Shown here one piece after another: positions 29,947 through 40,994 of a stretch of 64,000 nucleotides of DNA (its first letter is position 1; each line of letters starts with the position of its first letter). Under the pieces are notes generated by a model. The model ran no database searches, was not told where the DNA came from, and was given only the letters and a program-made list of their open reading frames with translations. Position numbers and translations under genes: made by a program. Source of the stretch: Giardia intestinalis (Eukaryota); assembly GCA_000002435.2 (NCBI GenBank), contig CM018793.1. One strand, written 5' to 3'.

Positions 29947-32900
29947 CTTAGGTAGTAAACGCATCTCCTATTACATCTGCTTACTCTATAGCTTCGACGT
30001 TGCTATTCTACGAGGTTACCGGGTTACCCGTTTCCGAGCACCCGTCGGATTCTGCGGCAGGACTGTGCCTTCGTATCTCATCGTACCCACTTCTGTATGG
30101 CAACAAACACCCCCTACTATGGCGTAGTTGCTCCACCCAGAGGCAGGTGACACATAGATCCTTGGCTCTGATAGGCGCCTCTGTGCCCCACCTCTCGCAC
30201 CTTAGCAGCCCGACTACAGCACCGTGGGGTTTGGGCACCCTCGGGCAGAGTGTGTTGGGCATTTGATCAGCTATGCACAAGGCCCGTGACAGTCAAGGCC
30301 TGCAGCGCTGATCTATCGCCTTAGGTACTCGGTGCATCCAGAGACGACCACTGGAAGAACGGCTAGTCACACCTGTCAGCCATTAGTGTCTTGCGGCATC
30401 TCCAACACAAGCCTCTAGGCAGTGATTCACAGTGATGCATGAGCTACAGGGGAGCTTGCCGCCAAACATGATCTGTGTGCATAGATTAGCGACCATTACT
30501 CGGTAAAGCGGGCGCTTCTCAGTCCGGGCACATCTGGTCCACGTGATCTTCTTTGTGTGAAGGCAAGCTCCTCCACAGTCCTGTAGTTGCACCCTAGAAG
30601 TGCCTGACTCCAGTTCCTGTGTCAGTACGACCGGCTCAATTGTGGAATGAATACCGCAAGACGTTTATAGTTAATGACAGTGTGCTGTGGATCTTCTGGC
30701 GGTTTTGCTGAGCCCTGTGCCGCTATCCGCAAACATCTACCCCAGGGATATAGAAATCAGAGTCTGCAGAGGGATCCCTGGGGCTGTGAGCAGGGTGGTC
30801 TTCAGGGACCTGACCGACGGCATCCACGGACATGGGCGCTCTCAACTGTGGTCGGGTCGAAGGCAGTGCTTGCTGGCTCGTGCAGGGGCGATGCGGCTCT
30901 CCGGTAGGCCTCGGTGTCCGGCCGCATGACCTCCGTTAAACTCCTGGACGGGCTGAGATTTTGGCCACGGCATCTGCAGGCAAGCCAGCACCGTGGTCCC
31001 CTCCACCAGGAGTCATCCTGTCTCACCTCCGGTGCCATCCTTCGCCGGGTCTTCGGTGGGACACCCATACACGTTAGCCACTGCACAATATACAGTATGA
31101 ATCTCTAACAATCTCTAACACATCGCACAGCCCTGCCGGCCGCCAGTTCGGCCATCCTACGGCGGAAACTCCTTAACTCGTTCCGAATTAAGAAGAGAAG
31201 CGCCGTCAGGCCCCGCCAGTACTGCGATCGGAGACGTCGTGGGAACACGGGGTGCCGAACTTTCTGCCGTTGACTGTGGCTGTCAGTCCTTGTCAGCCCC
31301 CGCACATGAGGACTCCGGGCCGCATCCCACTACGCACTCTCGTGGAGCGACAGCGCAGACACTAAAGGGTGGCTTGGGGTCGTTCACTGGGCGTCGGCCA
31401 CCTCATCGAGACCCCCGCAAATTGCTCCCGAGGAGTCTCCACCGACATGCGCTATAGGTGGGCGCTTAGCGTGCTCTGCGAGGGCAGGCCGGAAGCAGGT
31501 GGACACGCCGAGTGCCGAATGGAAGGTGGCGCAGGGGCTGTGACTGCATGCACCAGCTCGCCCATCAACAGAGTACGCGGACAGGCCTGACCGGTATAGA
31601 GGACCTCACAGAACCTCACAGACAAAGAGCCTGAGGGCCTATAGCGGACTTCTACAGGCCAGTTCAACAACAGAGACGTCGGATGGCAGGCGCTAACAAG
31701 GATTGCTCGGCTCGACCCGCTAACGTAGATCCTCCAGATTGCATGCGCAAGACTGTTGCACCTACAACGGAGACCGACCTGGGTCGAGACTCACATAAAG
31801 ACAGCAGCTTCGTGGATCATGAAAGCAACAAGCAAATGGCGTTTGTCCGTGCCTCCTGTCCATCTAGTGTCTGGGCCAGACGCGGACCCTGGCAGTCAAG
31901 CAGAGAATGCACAGCAGCCGGCCCCAGACTGGGCGACCCAGAACTGCTTGTAAAATGGTCAACATGTCGCTGGGCCAGTTGTGGAGTGTGAAGCTAAGAA
32001 TGAGGCTCCTCCATGTTGCTGGTCAGCCCGACCTCCAGGGAGCAGCTCCAAAAGAGACTACACGACGAACGAGGACCAGCAAGAGGCCAGAAGGAGCAGT
32101 CGCTCGACAAATGAGGAAGAGCTAGAGATGCAACAACATGCAGGCGGCAGAGAAGAAGCAGGCACACCTAGCTCCGGTCACTTTTCCACTTATTGGACGC
32201 TGAGGGATGCACTCAGTAAGGACAGCCTGTACCAGCAACGCCTCAGCTCCAGCCTGAGCACTCCCTCCCAGGCTTCTTGTACACTGCTGGAGAGAGCGTC
32301 CACTTGGGCCTGCTAGGAGCAGACCCGCTCGATGAGGCCCTGGGACCTTCTCGTACTCTTCGCTGCCATCGGTGTATCCAGGTAGCGTACCGGTACTTCG
32401 TGGCACTAGCGGGGAATGCTCTTCCTATCTACGCCTAGTTCCTGGAATCCCGTGCCGGTGAAGGACGCTTTGAGCACAAGCTCACACGGAGCTTAGGGCG
32501 TCTGTGTTTCCGCCCAGCAGGTAGCACAGCACCAGGCGAGCAGTCGTCATGTCGCGCTGGATGCCAGCTTCTTTAATCAAGGAGCCATTCGACGCGAAGC
32601 TCTTCCGGATACACAGCTTCTTGGATGGGTTGGCTCAGCAGGCCTGCTTATTGGGGTTTGCTGGGCACGGCTAGTGGTCAGCCGGCTCCTGGGTAAGGGA
32701 GTTCATCCATTTCTCGGCGGTGGGCAGTGCATCCCTTCCGGCGCACCTGCTCGTGCCAGAAGGTGTGCACAGGATGATCAGAGATGCAACTGTGCTATGG
32801 TGGCCGCATCCAGGGTGCAGATATAGAGGCAATAGTATACCTGTCAAGACAGCAAACGACTGCCCTGTAGCTCCTCGGCGTGTTGGCGCATGTAGGCAGA

Positions 32901-35900
32901 GGGCTAACCAAGATGGATCTGGTGGCCGACCAACTGCACGTTAGTGTTAGCTCACAGCCCAGAGGGCGTTCGGCCGCCCGTTGTTAGACAGGAATATCTA
33001 GTGGATCGTCGACCCAGAACTGCGATGGTCGAGTCGTCTGAGCACACAGGAAACCCTGCCTCCACCTGCTGTGTATGGCCCCTGCAACGATGCACAGGCC
33101 ACGGATTGCGCGACATCCAGGCCGTCACAGCTTGCGTCTGGTGGGCCCTGCGTTATGAAGTGGCCGAGCATGCTACACGCTCTAGGAATGACTGTCTCGC
33201 CACTGACCAGGACTTCAACTATTAGCCGTTTCTACCGACCACTCGTCGATGCCCCTCGACGACCACCAGGCAAGCCGGGCTCTCCAGTCTTCAGCCCTTA
33301 CTGGGGTATGTATCAGCGCACCCAGGCACGCCCCCGTAGCCCGCAGGGGGGAAGCATGGCACGCATGCGAAGGAAGTGGGCGGCCCGAGAAGATCCTGGC
33401 CCGTCTGGAGCGAGAGGGTGCCGGGCCCAGGAAGAACCCCATGCTCCTCCAGGGCGGCGCGGACGTCCTGGGTGCGGAGCGCGTTGTTGTACGTCATCCG
33501 CAGCTCCTGGCGCGGATACTTCGCCCCGAAGCGCTCGTGGACCCTGCGGTAGAAGTCCGGGCCCAGGATGCTCCGGTCCCTGACCCCGGCGATGATCATC
33601 GCCTTGATGGCCCTGCGGTCCTCGCCGGTCATCTTCACGTTGAGGATGCTCCGCGAGTGCGTCTCGCGGTACCAGTGGTAGATCCTGCTCCGGTCCTCGG
33701 ACAGGGCGCGGGCGATCTTCTTCCAGTCGATGGCCGTCCGGAGCACGTGCCGGTGGAGGAGCAGCGGCCGCCGCGCGAGGCTCTCGGCCGTCTCCCCCAG
33801 CCGCCGGGCAGCGACGACCTGCTTCGCGAGCTCGAGCAGAACGGAGGCGCGCGTCTCCGCCGTCATTGCCCCAGAGCCCATCCAATAGAAGCGGCGATAA
33901 AACTAAAAACAGACCAACGAATAATGTGAAATTAAATATGTACAGGCCTTGCGCAAAAGTTTTAGCGGGTGTTTGTTGCCTGCCTGCCCCGGTCCGTCGG
34001 GCGAGCAGGGCGCCCTCATCCGGGCCATCGCCGCAGTACGAGTTGGCTTAGGTCGCCACACAGAACAGACTGCTTTGCACACGGCGGCGCCGGGGTTGAT
34101 GTATTGATCGGAGTTTTTTGGTATTGCCGGGGATCCCCGCCCTCGGCCGCCAGGGAGAGCCGCGCCCTGCGCAGCCCCGGTTTGTCTGCAGACACCCAGA
34201 GCTCTGCGGAGGCAGGCAGGCTGGGGCCGTCCCCCTCGTTCGGGACATCGCCGACGACGAGCTGCTGCCTGCGGCCCGCGGGGTCTTCCGCTCTGAGAGG
34301 GGTCGCCGAGTGTCGGGAGCCGCAGCGCTCTGCAAGGCCTGCACACGACCAGAGGCTGCCCAGTTTTTTGAGCAGCTGGCTCTGGCGCGGATTCTGCGGA
34401 CGCCTGCTGCCGGCCCAGTCTACAGGGGCGTCCGCGTGTCTACTGTGGCCTGGCGTGCGTGCCTGCGCGTCCTCCTGCGGTGGCTCCCCCCGTGGCGCAG
34501 GAAGCCCTGCCAGTCCTCTCCCATCGAGTTCTCCCGACGTGCTCTCTGTCGCTTCCAGTCGAGTTTCCAGCCGATAAAGAAGCGACATGACCAAATCAGT
34601 CGCCAGATTACAGTGTGATCTGCGGCCGCGAATCTTGCTGGCATCTTACGTGACAGTGGCTCTGGGTGTGCCCGTTCAACAGCAGCTGCCTTGAACATAG
34701 GTACTTAACGTGACCCGTATGCTAATATCTGCTCGCTCAATCTGTACAGAAGGATCTAACGGTATGCCGGCTAGAGCAGTAGGACTCGTCAGGCGAGCAC
34801 ACCGGAATTGCGTGGAGTACGCATCTCTAAAGGCTTGCATGCCTGGATCTGTGCTCGTCTTCTCACTGAGACCCCAGTACAGCGAAGGCGTTTAATATAA
34901 ACAGAAAGCCGTGGTGTCACTAGGGTCTATTCGGGCCACTCAGCTATATCGATCATTCCTACCGGTAAAGCCGGACTGCTTACTACTGAGCAGAAGGAAG
35001 CGGCTCCTATGACGGCCAAGCGTGGAATCGGTACGCTGTCAAGCCTCTCGATTCAGATGCAGAGTCTGCAATGTCCACGTGAGTAGCACGCCAAGTGGTT
35101 GCCGCTTGCTTGTTATAGACTATAGATCGGCACGTAGGCTCGCGGGCCGGCTGCATCTTACTCGGAAGTACAAGACGCTGCTCCTGTCTGGATCACAGAT
35201 GCGAATCGCCGGTCCCGATGCGCACGAGTGTTACAGAGTAACAAGGAGAGCACCCGTCTATGGCACACAGTCACAATTCGAGTGGCGTCCAGCCCTCCTG
35301 GAGAAAAGGCATGCCACGATCAACGGCATACTGCTTTGAACACCAGTAAGCACACCCGCTGTGTCTGCGAAGCCGAGGGCGGCCGTATCGCCGGCTGCTA
35401 CTTGTCACTCGGACGCACATGTGTGACGAGACGTGCGGGCGCCCTTCACAAAGGCCTCTTGATGCGCAACACACGGCCCAGCCGCCTCTTCTCTGAGAGA
35501 CAGATGAACTTTGCTTGCAGTGGGCTGCGTTAGCGTAGACTTCTGAACACGTCCCTCTGTTGAGGATTCAGCGGCTACGCACTGGGGGCAGACACGCGTG
35601 TTCTGTGGCCAACACGGGACTTGGCTGAGCAAAGGAGGTAACGAGTCGGCGCTTCTGGCCCGATGCTCTGCGTGCCTGCGCCAGAGACCAGGCTGCCAAT
35701 GTGCCGGTTAAGGAGAAGATGCGATGATCCACCATCGAGGACTGCAGTACCCGCGGAGACGGGCAGGAGCGACTTTTTATGACCACGAGCCTGAGCCCTT
35801 TAAGGTCTGTGCCCGGCTCTTCGCATTACACAGCCCCTCCTCGTGTGTACCCTCAGAGAGCGCGAACATCCTCTTCGACAAGCACTTCTGTGGACACCAC

Positions 35901-37873
35901 AGCAGGAATGCATAGTTCTGCGTTGATCATGCCTTAGCCCTATTGGGGTTGGTGACAAAACTACGACTTCCCTGTCACGAGGCATTACGCTCTGTACAGA
36001 AGAATGCCAGCAAGTCATGCAATGCCTGTGGATCCGTCCTTCGACCTTCTCCTGACAGACATGTGTCTTTTGGCATGCAGCCCTGCATTGCACGACGGTT
36101 CGCCCTCCAAGTGATGGTCTAGAGGACTCAACGCAGTGGCTCCCAAGATATGTGTCCTGAACAGAAGACTATACGATCATATACCTCTAACCACATGAGG
36201 CCACAGCCCACTCTGCTTCTCTATGATGCGCTTAGAACTGTCTCTACGGCTCTCTGTGCTCCATACTATGCGTCTGCTTGTCTTCCACACGCCTATCCCG
36301 GAGTCTGAATTAGGCAAGGCGCACTATATTTGGGGTCACTGCCAACTGCGTTGGCTATTCAGCAAGATATGACTAAAGGCAGCGTCCAGCACGACCGAAC
36401 ATGCTTGAAAGTTACACAGGAGAATGAGTACAGTGCGGGAATGTCCCTCGGTCTACTGGTAAAATGCCGTCGGCTGCTGATACAGGCTCTTGTCTTTGTG
36501 CGGTGACATGCAATCACGTGGTACGCATAGCATCGCTATCTGCATGACGCGAGGCCAGCCAAGTTCTGCCCATCCTACCTCTTATCCTTGCGCGAAGATT
36601 CTGAAAACATAGGATGTCTGGACATGGTGTAGGGCTCTATCGGTAGACCTTCTTTTCTGCACTTCAAGACATGCAGAGGCGGGCGCAGTGTTCCCTAGAC
36701 AGAGGCCTCGGGTATGCACGCTGTTGAGCGACGACTGGAGTTCCTCTGGGGTATCTTACAAAGAGCGGCGCGCTGGCAGGGGCGTCGGTTCGGTGTTCTG
36801 AACAGTGATTAGGGAGCTCCGGCAAGTGAGCGCCTCTCGACTGGCTTGTGTGCCTGCAGCTACACGTGCATGGGCAGCGAGCGGTGCACAAGCCCACGAT
36901 GCTGCGGTTCTACGAATGCCTACTCCTGGTGAGTGCCGTCTGGGGACAAGGGGTGTGTACCGGTACAAACTATCCGGTGTCTCTCTGCACACCAGCCTCA
37001 TAACAATGCTCTACTGGGACTGACTCCGGAGCCAAGTAGGAGAAGAGGCCCTTCTGGGTCTTAATGGCCACGGGCCCCACTACACACCTGGCGGTGCCAC
37101 CCAGAGACCGGATAGCTTTAGAATATTATATAGAAGTTAGCAGACATGTGACTTCGTCTGGTTAGTACGCGCTCTGTGCCGATGCGACTAACGTACACTC
37201 ATCGAAGCATTACCTCGTTTACTCAGAAGTCTTACCGGATACCCAAGGGCTCTCGCTTCCTTCTAGCAGGAGATGAAGCGGCTGCAGAACAGACAGCAGG
37301 GCACCTAGGCCGTGTTGACAAACATGAAGCACAAAATAGCGAGAAGTCCCGTCATGGTAGCATTAGAAACTGCATTAGAGAGGGCGACAAGTATAAGCAC
37401 GATTATACTGGAAAGCACGGCACGCATAACAAGACGTGGATCTTGGCACACAAGAGCGTGGACTTCAAGACCGAACTAGTGAGGAGCTTCTGCAGAGTCC
37501 CGGGCCCCAACAGGTCCTCGAGTGACACAGTGGCTGCGATCACTGCCGACCCTTTTGACCAGCTGTGGGTCGGTCTCTCCGTCTGATGGTTCGTGATATG
37601 ATTTAGAGGGTCCAACTGGAAGATTCCGGACCCTCGAGGTTCAAACGACCCAGGAGGCAAACGACCTCCATAAATCGCGCCAGCCTAGTGTCCACCCCAA
37701 CCCCACCACTATCTATGCAGGTACTAGCAGTTAGCAACGTATAGCAGCTACATGAAGCTGGCGCTCAGATAGTAAACTGAAACCCAAGGATCTCCCCCCG
37801 GGAGAGGTGGCCCGCGTGCCAGGGGTTGCCTCGCACCTTGGCACAGTTGATACGAGCCCACCAGAGAAGTAAA

Positions 37874-38494
37874 ATGGACGTAGTTCCGCCGAGACTCACG
37901 TACTACGACGCCCGGGGCACCGCGTTGAAGTGCCGGCTCCTGCTCGCAGACCTGGAGATACGGTACGAGTGGGCGCCCTTGGCGAGCGCCGAGCAGGTGG
38001 CCGCGGCGAAGGTGGGTGCACCATCGTGCACGCTCCCCGTGTGGGAAGACAGCGCGGCGCGGGTGGCCGGGGGCATGGTCATCCTGGAGTACCTGGGGGC
38101 GAGCCTGGGGCGGTACAGCACGTCATTGCAGGTGCAGGCTGCTGCGCGGGCCCTGGTGCTCTTCTGTGAGGATCTCCTTGCCGCCGCCTGGAAGGAGCCC
38201 GAAGCCGTGGCAGAGGCCCTTGCCGCTGGGGCAGAGATGACGCGCTCGGAGTGCATCGCGGCCTACCGACAGAACAGGATCCTTCCGGGGCTGACCGTCC
38301 TGACCCGGGACGTGCTGAACCTTCGGAGCCTGGCGTTCGAGCCGCTCGACTCGGACTACGCGGTCCTGGAGGTCCTGTATTATGCGGACGCAGAGTGTCC
38401 GGAGCTCGTGGACCAGTTTCCGCCGCTGCGCGAGCTATTTGATGGCTACCGCGCGCGCCCGGGGATCACGAAGCTCCTCGCCTCGCTGGTCTAG
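37874..38494 (+). CDS. Second, mirror copy of the GST-fold ORF in the right arm. It carries one amino-acid difference (K to E), caused by the 15207 mismatch.
   Basis: Reverse-complement duplicate of 14914..15534, differing only at the single mismatch. Confidence 0.5.
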   Translation: MDVVPPRLTYYDARGTALKCRLLLADLEIRYEWAPLASAEQVAAAKVGAPSCTLPVWEDSAARVAGGMVILEYLGASLGRYSTSLQVQAAARALVLFCEDLLAAAWKEPEAVAEALAAGAEMTRSECIAAYRQNRILPGLTVLTRDVLNLRSLAFEPLDSDYAVLEVLYYADAECPELVDQFPPLRELFDGYRARPGITKLLASLV

Positions 38495-38723
38495 AGGCCG
38501 CGTGGCCGGCACGGGGTAGGGCCATTTTCAAAAAGCTCCAACGCGTTCCGCTCCAACCAGCAGCCGTGGCTACACCGCGCCGGGCTTTCGATGCTCCACG
38601 CAGAGCGAGCACTATGTATGTTTACTCGAGACGTCAGGAGACCCTGCTTCGTGGCCACTCATTCCTGGACTTCTGCGCAAGGCTGCTGAGCAGATGTAAT
38701 AGGAGATGCGTTTACTACCTAAG

Positions 38724-40994
38724 TCACGCCTTGCCCCGGCACACGAACCACCAGCAGAGGAAGCCGACGAGGCCTCCGACGACGACGATGACTGCGACGG
38801 AGATGCCCGCGATGGCGCCTGTGCTGAGGCCGCTCTTGTTGACGCTTCCGCCGGTGTTATCGCCGTCTGTTTTGATATAGCAGGTGACAGGGCCACCAGC
38901 GTTACCAGCTGGAGGAGCGCAGCTTACGCAATTAGCGACACCAGTGATTTGGTTGTTATTTCCACTACTAGCTGTACATTTGAAGCATTTATCACCGGCA
39001 CCTTTGTAGTATCCAGGAAGGCATTCAGTGCAGGCATTAGAATCATTGCATTTTGCACAGCCTTCAGAGCACTCCGGACACTTCTCTTGTACAGGTGCCC
39101 GGTTATTTGCAGCACACATAGTACACTTTCCATTATTAGCTGTCGTGCAGACAGCCTTCCCGGGCAGCTTCGCCACACCATAGCACCCGCCCGACATGAG
39201 AGTATACTCTCCTGCACATTTGGTGCACTTCCCGCCTGCCGCCGTACATACGCTCGCGTCTCTCCCAGTTTTCACTGCTGTACAGATCCCGTCGATCGGG
39301 GCGTACCCGTCCTTGCACTGAGCACAGTACTTCGCGCCCCCCACGTTAGCCGTGCACTGCCCGTCTGCACAGTTGGTAATGAACGCACCAGTGCACTCCT
39401 TGACGCATGTTCCGGCTGTGCCAGATCCATACAGGAGAGAGTACCCGGGATAGCAGGCCGTGCAGGAAGCAGCGTCCGCATTGCCGTTGCATTCTGCACA
39501 CGTAGCATGGCAGGAAGCACAGACACTGACTCCGTTAATATTATCGGCATATGTCCCTGCAGGACACTGTTCTAAACATGCATTGCCCGAAGGAGTAAGC
39601 CGCTTGTCTGTACACTCAGAGCACACAACTGTCGATTCTGTTTCTCCAGAGAGCGTTTTGAGGGCACACTTTTTGCAGCCTGTGATGCCGTGTGTCGCGT
39701 CGCTGCATGAGAGGCACATCTTCTTTGAGCCAGTAGAGTCCGCGACCTCCTTGGTGAAGTGCGTCGTATCAGATGTACAGGCAGAGGCCGATACGCACAC
39801 CCCTGAGTGGGCATCAGTATCCGTCACCTTCAGATAGTTGTCTCCGCTGCAGCTAAGGCACTTATCGTCTTCACTCGTATTAGCACCGCTGACGCAATCC
39901 TTGCAACTGGAGTGGCACCCCGGCGTGGCGGCGGGGCATTTCCCGTTCTCTGGTGGTGCGCCGGTACTGCATCTAGCGCAGACATCACTCTGATCACATC
40001 GTTCACAGTTAGAGTCGGGGCAAGCGAAGCACTGCGTACCTGCAGTATTAGGCTTTTGTCCTGCATCGCACTTCTTGCACTCCTTGGCGTTCGGATCGGT
40101 GGTGTCGTCGGCGTAGTAGCCTCCGTCCCTCGTGCAGTCCTCCTTGCTGACGCACGTCCCTGTTTGGTCGCCCGGATTCGTCTTCTTCAGGTAGGGCGTG
40201 GCGCCGCCTGCCTCGCACTTCGTACAAGCCGTCGCTAAACCGCTAGAACACGCCGCGCACGTAGCATCGCACTTCTTGCACTCCTTGGCGTTCGGATCGG
40301 TGGTGTCGTCGGCGTAGTAGCCTCCGTCCCTCGTGCAGTCCTCCTTGCTGACGCACGTCCCTGTTTGGTCGCCCGGATTCGTCTTCTTCAGGTAGGGCGT
40401 GGCGCCGCCTGCCTCGCACTTCGTACAAGCCGTCGCTAAACCGCTAGAACACGCCGCGCACGTAGCATCGCACTTCTTGCACTCCTTGGCGTTCGGATCG
40501 GTGGTGTCGTCGGCGTAGTAGCCTCCGTCCCTCGTGCAGTCCTCCTTGCTGACGCACGTCCCTGTTTGGTCGCCCGGATTCGTCTTCTTCAGGTAGGGCG
40601 TGGCGCCGCCTGCCTCGCACTTCGTACAAGCCGTCGCTAAACCGCTAGAACACGCCGCGCACGTAGCATCGCACTTCTTGCACTCCTTGGCGTTCGGATC
40701 GGTGGTGTCGTCGGCGTAGTAGCCTCCGTCCCTCGTGCAGTCCTCCTTGCTGACGCACGTCCCTGTTTGGTCGCCCGGATTCGTCTTCTTCAGGTAGGGC
40801 GTGTTGCCGTTTGCGTCGCATTTGGTGCATCCTTGTCCAGTTGAGTCACATTCAGCACAACCATCGATCGATGGACTGCATGCATCAGCCAATGCAACTG
40901 CAAAAATCAAACCAATTCCTACCAACATTGAGGCCAGAAGCTGACACAGCACCGCTCTGGTTTGCATTAAGAGGCGCACGGAACCCTGCTTCAT
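38724..40994 (-). CDS. vsp: VSP-C (about 757 aa). Its ectodomain carries 3.7 tandem copies of a 67-aa repeat, and it ends in a transmembrane helix plus the CRGKA tail. The start is uncertain: candidate ATGs are at 40994 (MKQGS...) and 40967 (MQTRAVLCQLLASMLVGIGLIFAVALA, a good signal peptide).
   Basis: Tail ...NKSGLSTGAIAGISVAVIVVVGGLVGFLCWWFVCRGKA*, followed by AGTAAAC on the minus strand. The track start at 41090 is TTG. Confidence 0.88.
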   Translation of the reverse strand: MKQGSVRLLMQTRAVLCQLLASMLVGIGLIFAVALADACSPSIDGCAECDSTGQGCTKCDANGNTPYLKKTNPGDQTGTCVSKEDCTRDGGYYADDTTDPNAKECKKCDATCAACSSGLATACTKCEAGGATPYLKKTNPGDQTGTCVSKEDCTRDGGYYADDTTDPNAKECKKCDATCAACSSGLATACTKCEAGGATPYLKKTNPGDQTGTCVSKEDCTRDGGYYADDTTDPNAKECKKCDATCAACSSGLATACTKCEAGGATPYLKKTNPGDQTGTCVSKEDCTRDGGYYADDTTDPNAKECKKCDAGQKPNTAGTQCFACPDSNCERCDQSDVCARCSTGAPPENGKCPAATPGCHSSCKDCVSGANTSEDDKCLSCSGDNYLKVTDTDAHSGVCVSASACTSDTTHFTKEVADSTGSKKMCLSCSDATHGITGCKKCALKTLSGETESTVVCSECTDKRLTPSGNACLEQCPAGTYADNINGVSVCASCHATCAECNGNADAASCTACYPGYSLLYGSGTAGTCVKECTGAFITNCADGQCTANVGGAKYCAQCKDGYAPIDGICTAVKTGRDASVCTAAGGKCTKCAGEYTLMSGGCYGVAKLPGKAVCTTANNGKCTMCAANNRAPVQEKCPECSEGCAKCNDSNACTECLPGYYKGAGDKCFKCTASSGNNNQITGVANCVSCAPPAGNAGGPVTCYIKTDGDNTGGSVNKSGLSTGAIAGISVAVIVVVGGLVGFLCWWFVCRGKA
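40058..40800 (-). repeat. Perfect in-frame tandem repeat with a 201-bp unit, about 3.7 copies, inside VSP-C. It encodes DGGYYADDTTDPNAKECKKCDATCAACSSGLATACTKCEAGGATPYLKKTNPGDQTGTCVSKEDCTR.
   Basis: Identical 201-bp units start at 40064, 40265, 40466 and 40667. Three small off-frame ORFs (40243, 40444, 40645) repeat with the same period. Confidence 0.9.

Larger units (their letters stand above)
27483..38772. repeat. Right arm of the palindrome, the inverted copy of 14636..25925.
   Basis: Same evidence as the left arm. The mismatches I found correspond to left positions 15207, 25725 and 25781. Confidence 0.9.

Noticed and set aside
14636-38772. The idea that the palindrome is a sequencing or assembly artefact, such as a hairpin or missing-adapter chimeric long read.
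   Set aside because: I have not fully rejected this, but it is unlikely. Chimeric hairpin reads are symmetric straight through the centre. Here there is a 1,557-bp asymmetric spacer, there are mismatches between the arms, and the outer ends join two different, intact VSP genes. The structure still needs confirmation with spanning reads.
38706-39575. A 289-aa ORF on the plus strand antisense to VSP-C, and similar antisense ORFs in the other VSPs (for example 14319..14702, 23444..23647, 29761..29964, 39807..40238).
   Set aside because: Cys-rich coding (TGC and TGT codons) leaves the antisense frames free of stops. The products are Ala/Thr/Arg-rich with no start context, so they are artefacts of VSP codon composition.
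40058-40800. The 201-bp tandem array as a CRISPR-like or satellite repeat.
   Set aside because: This is a eukaryote. The array is in frame inside a VSP coding sequence and encodes a CXXC protein module, so it is a coding repeat.
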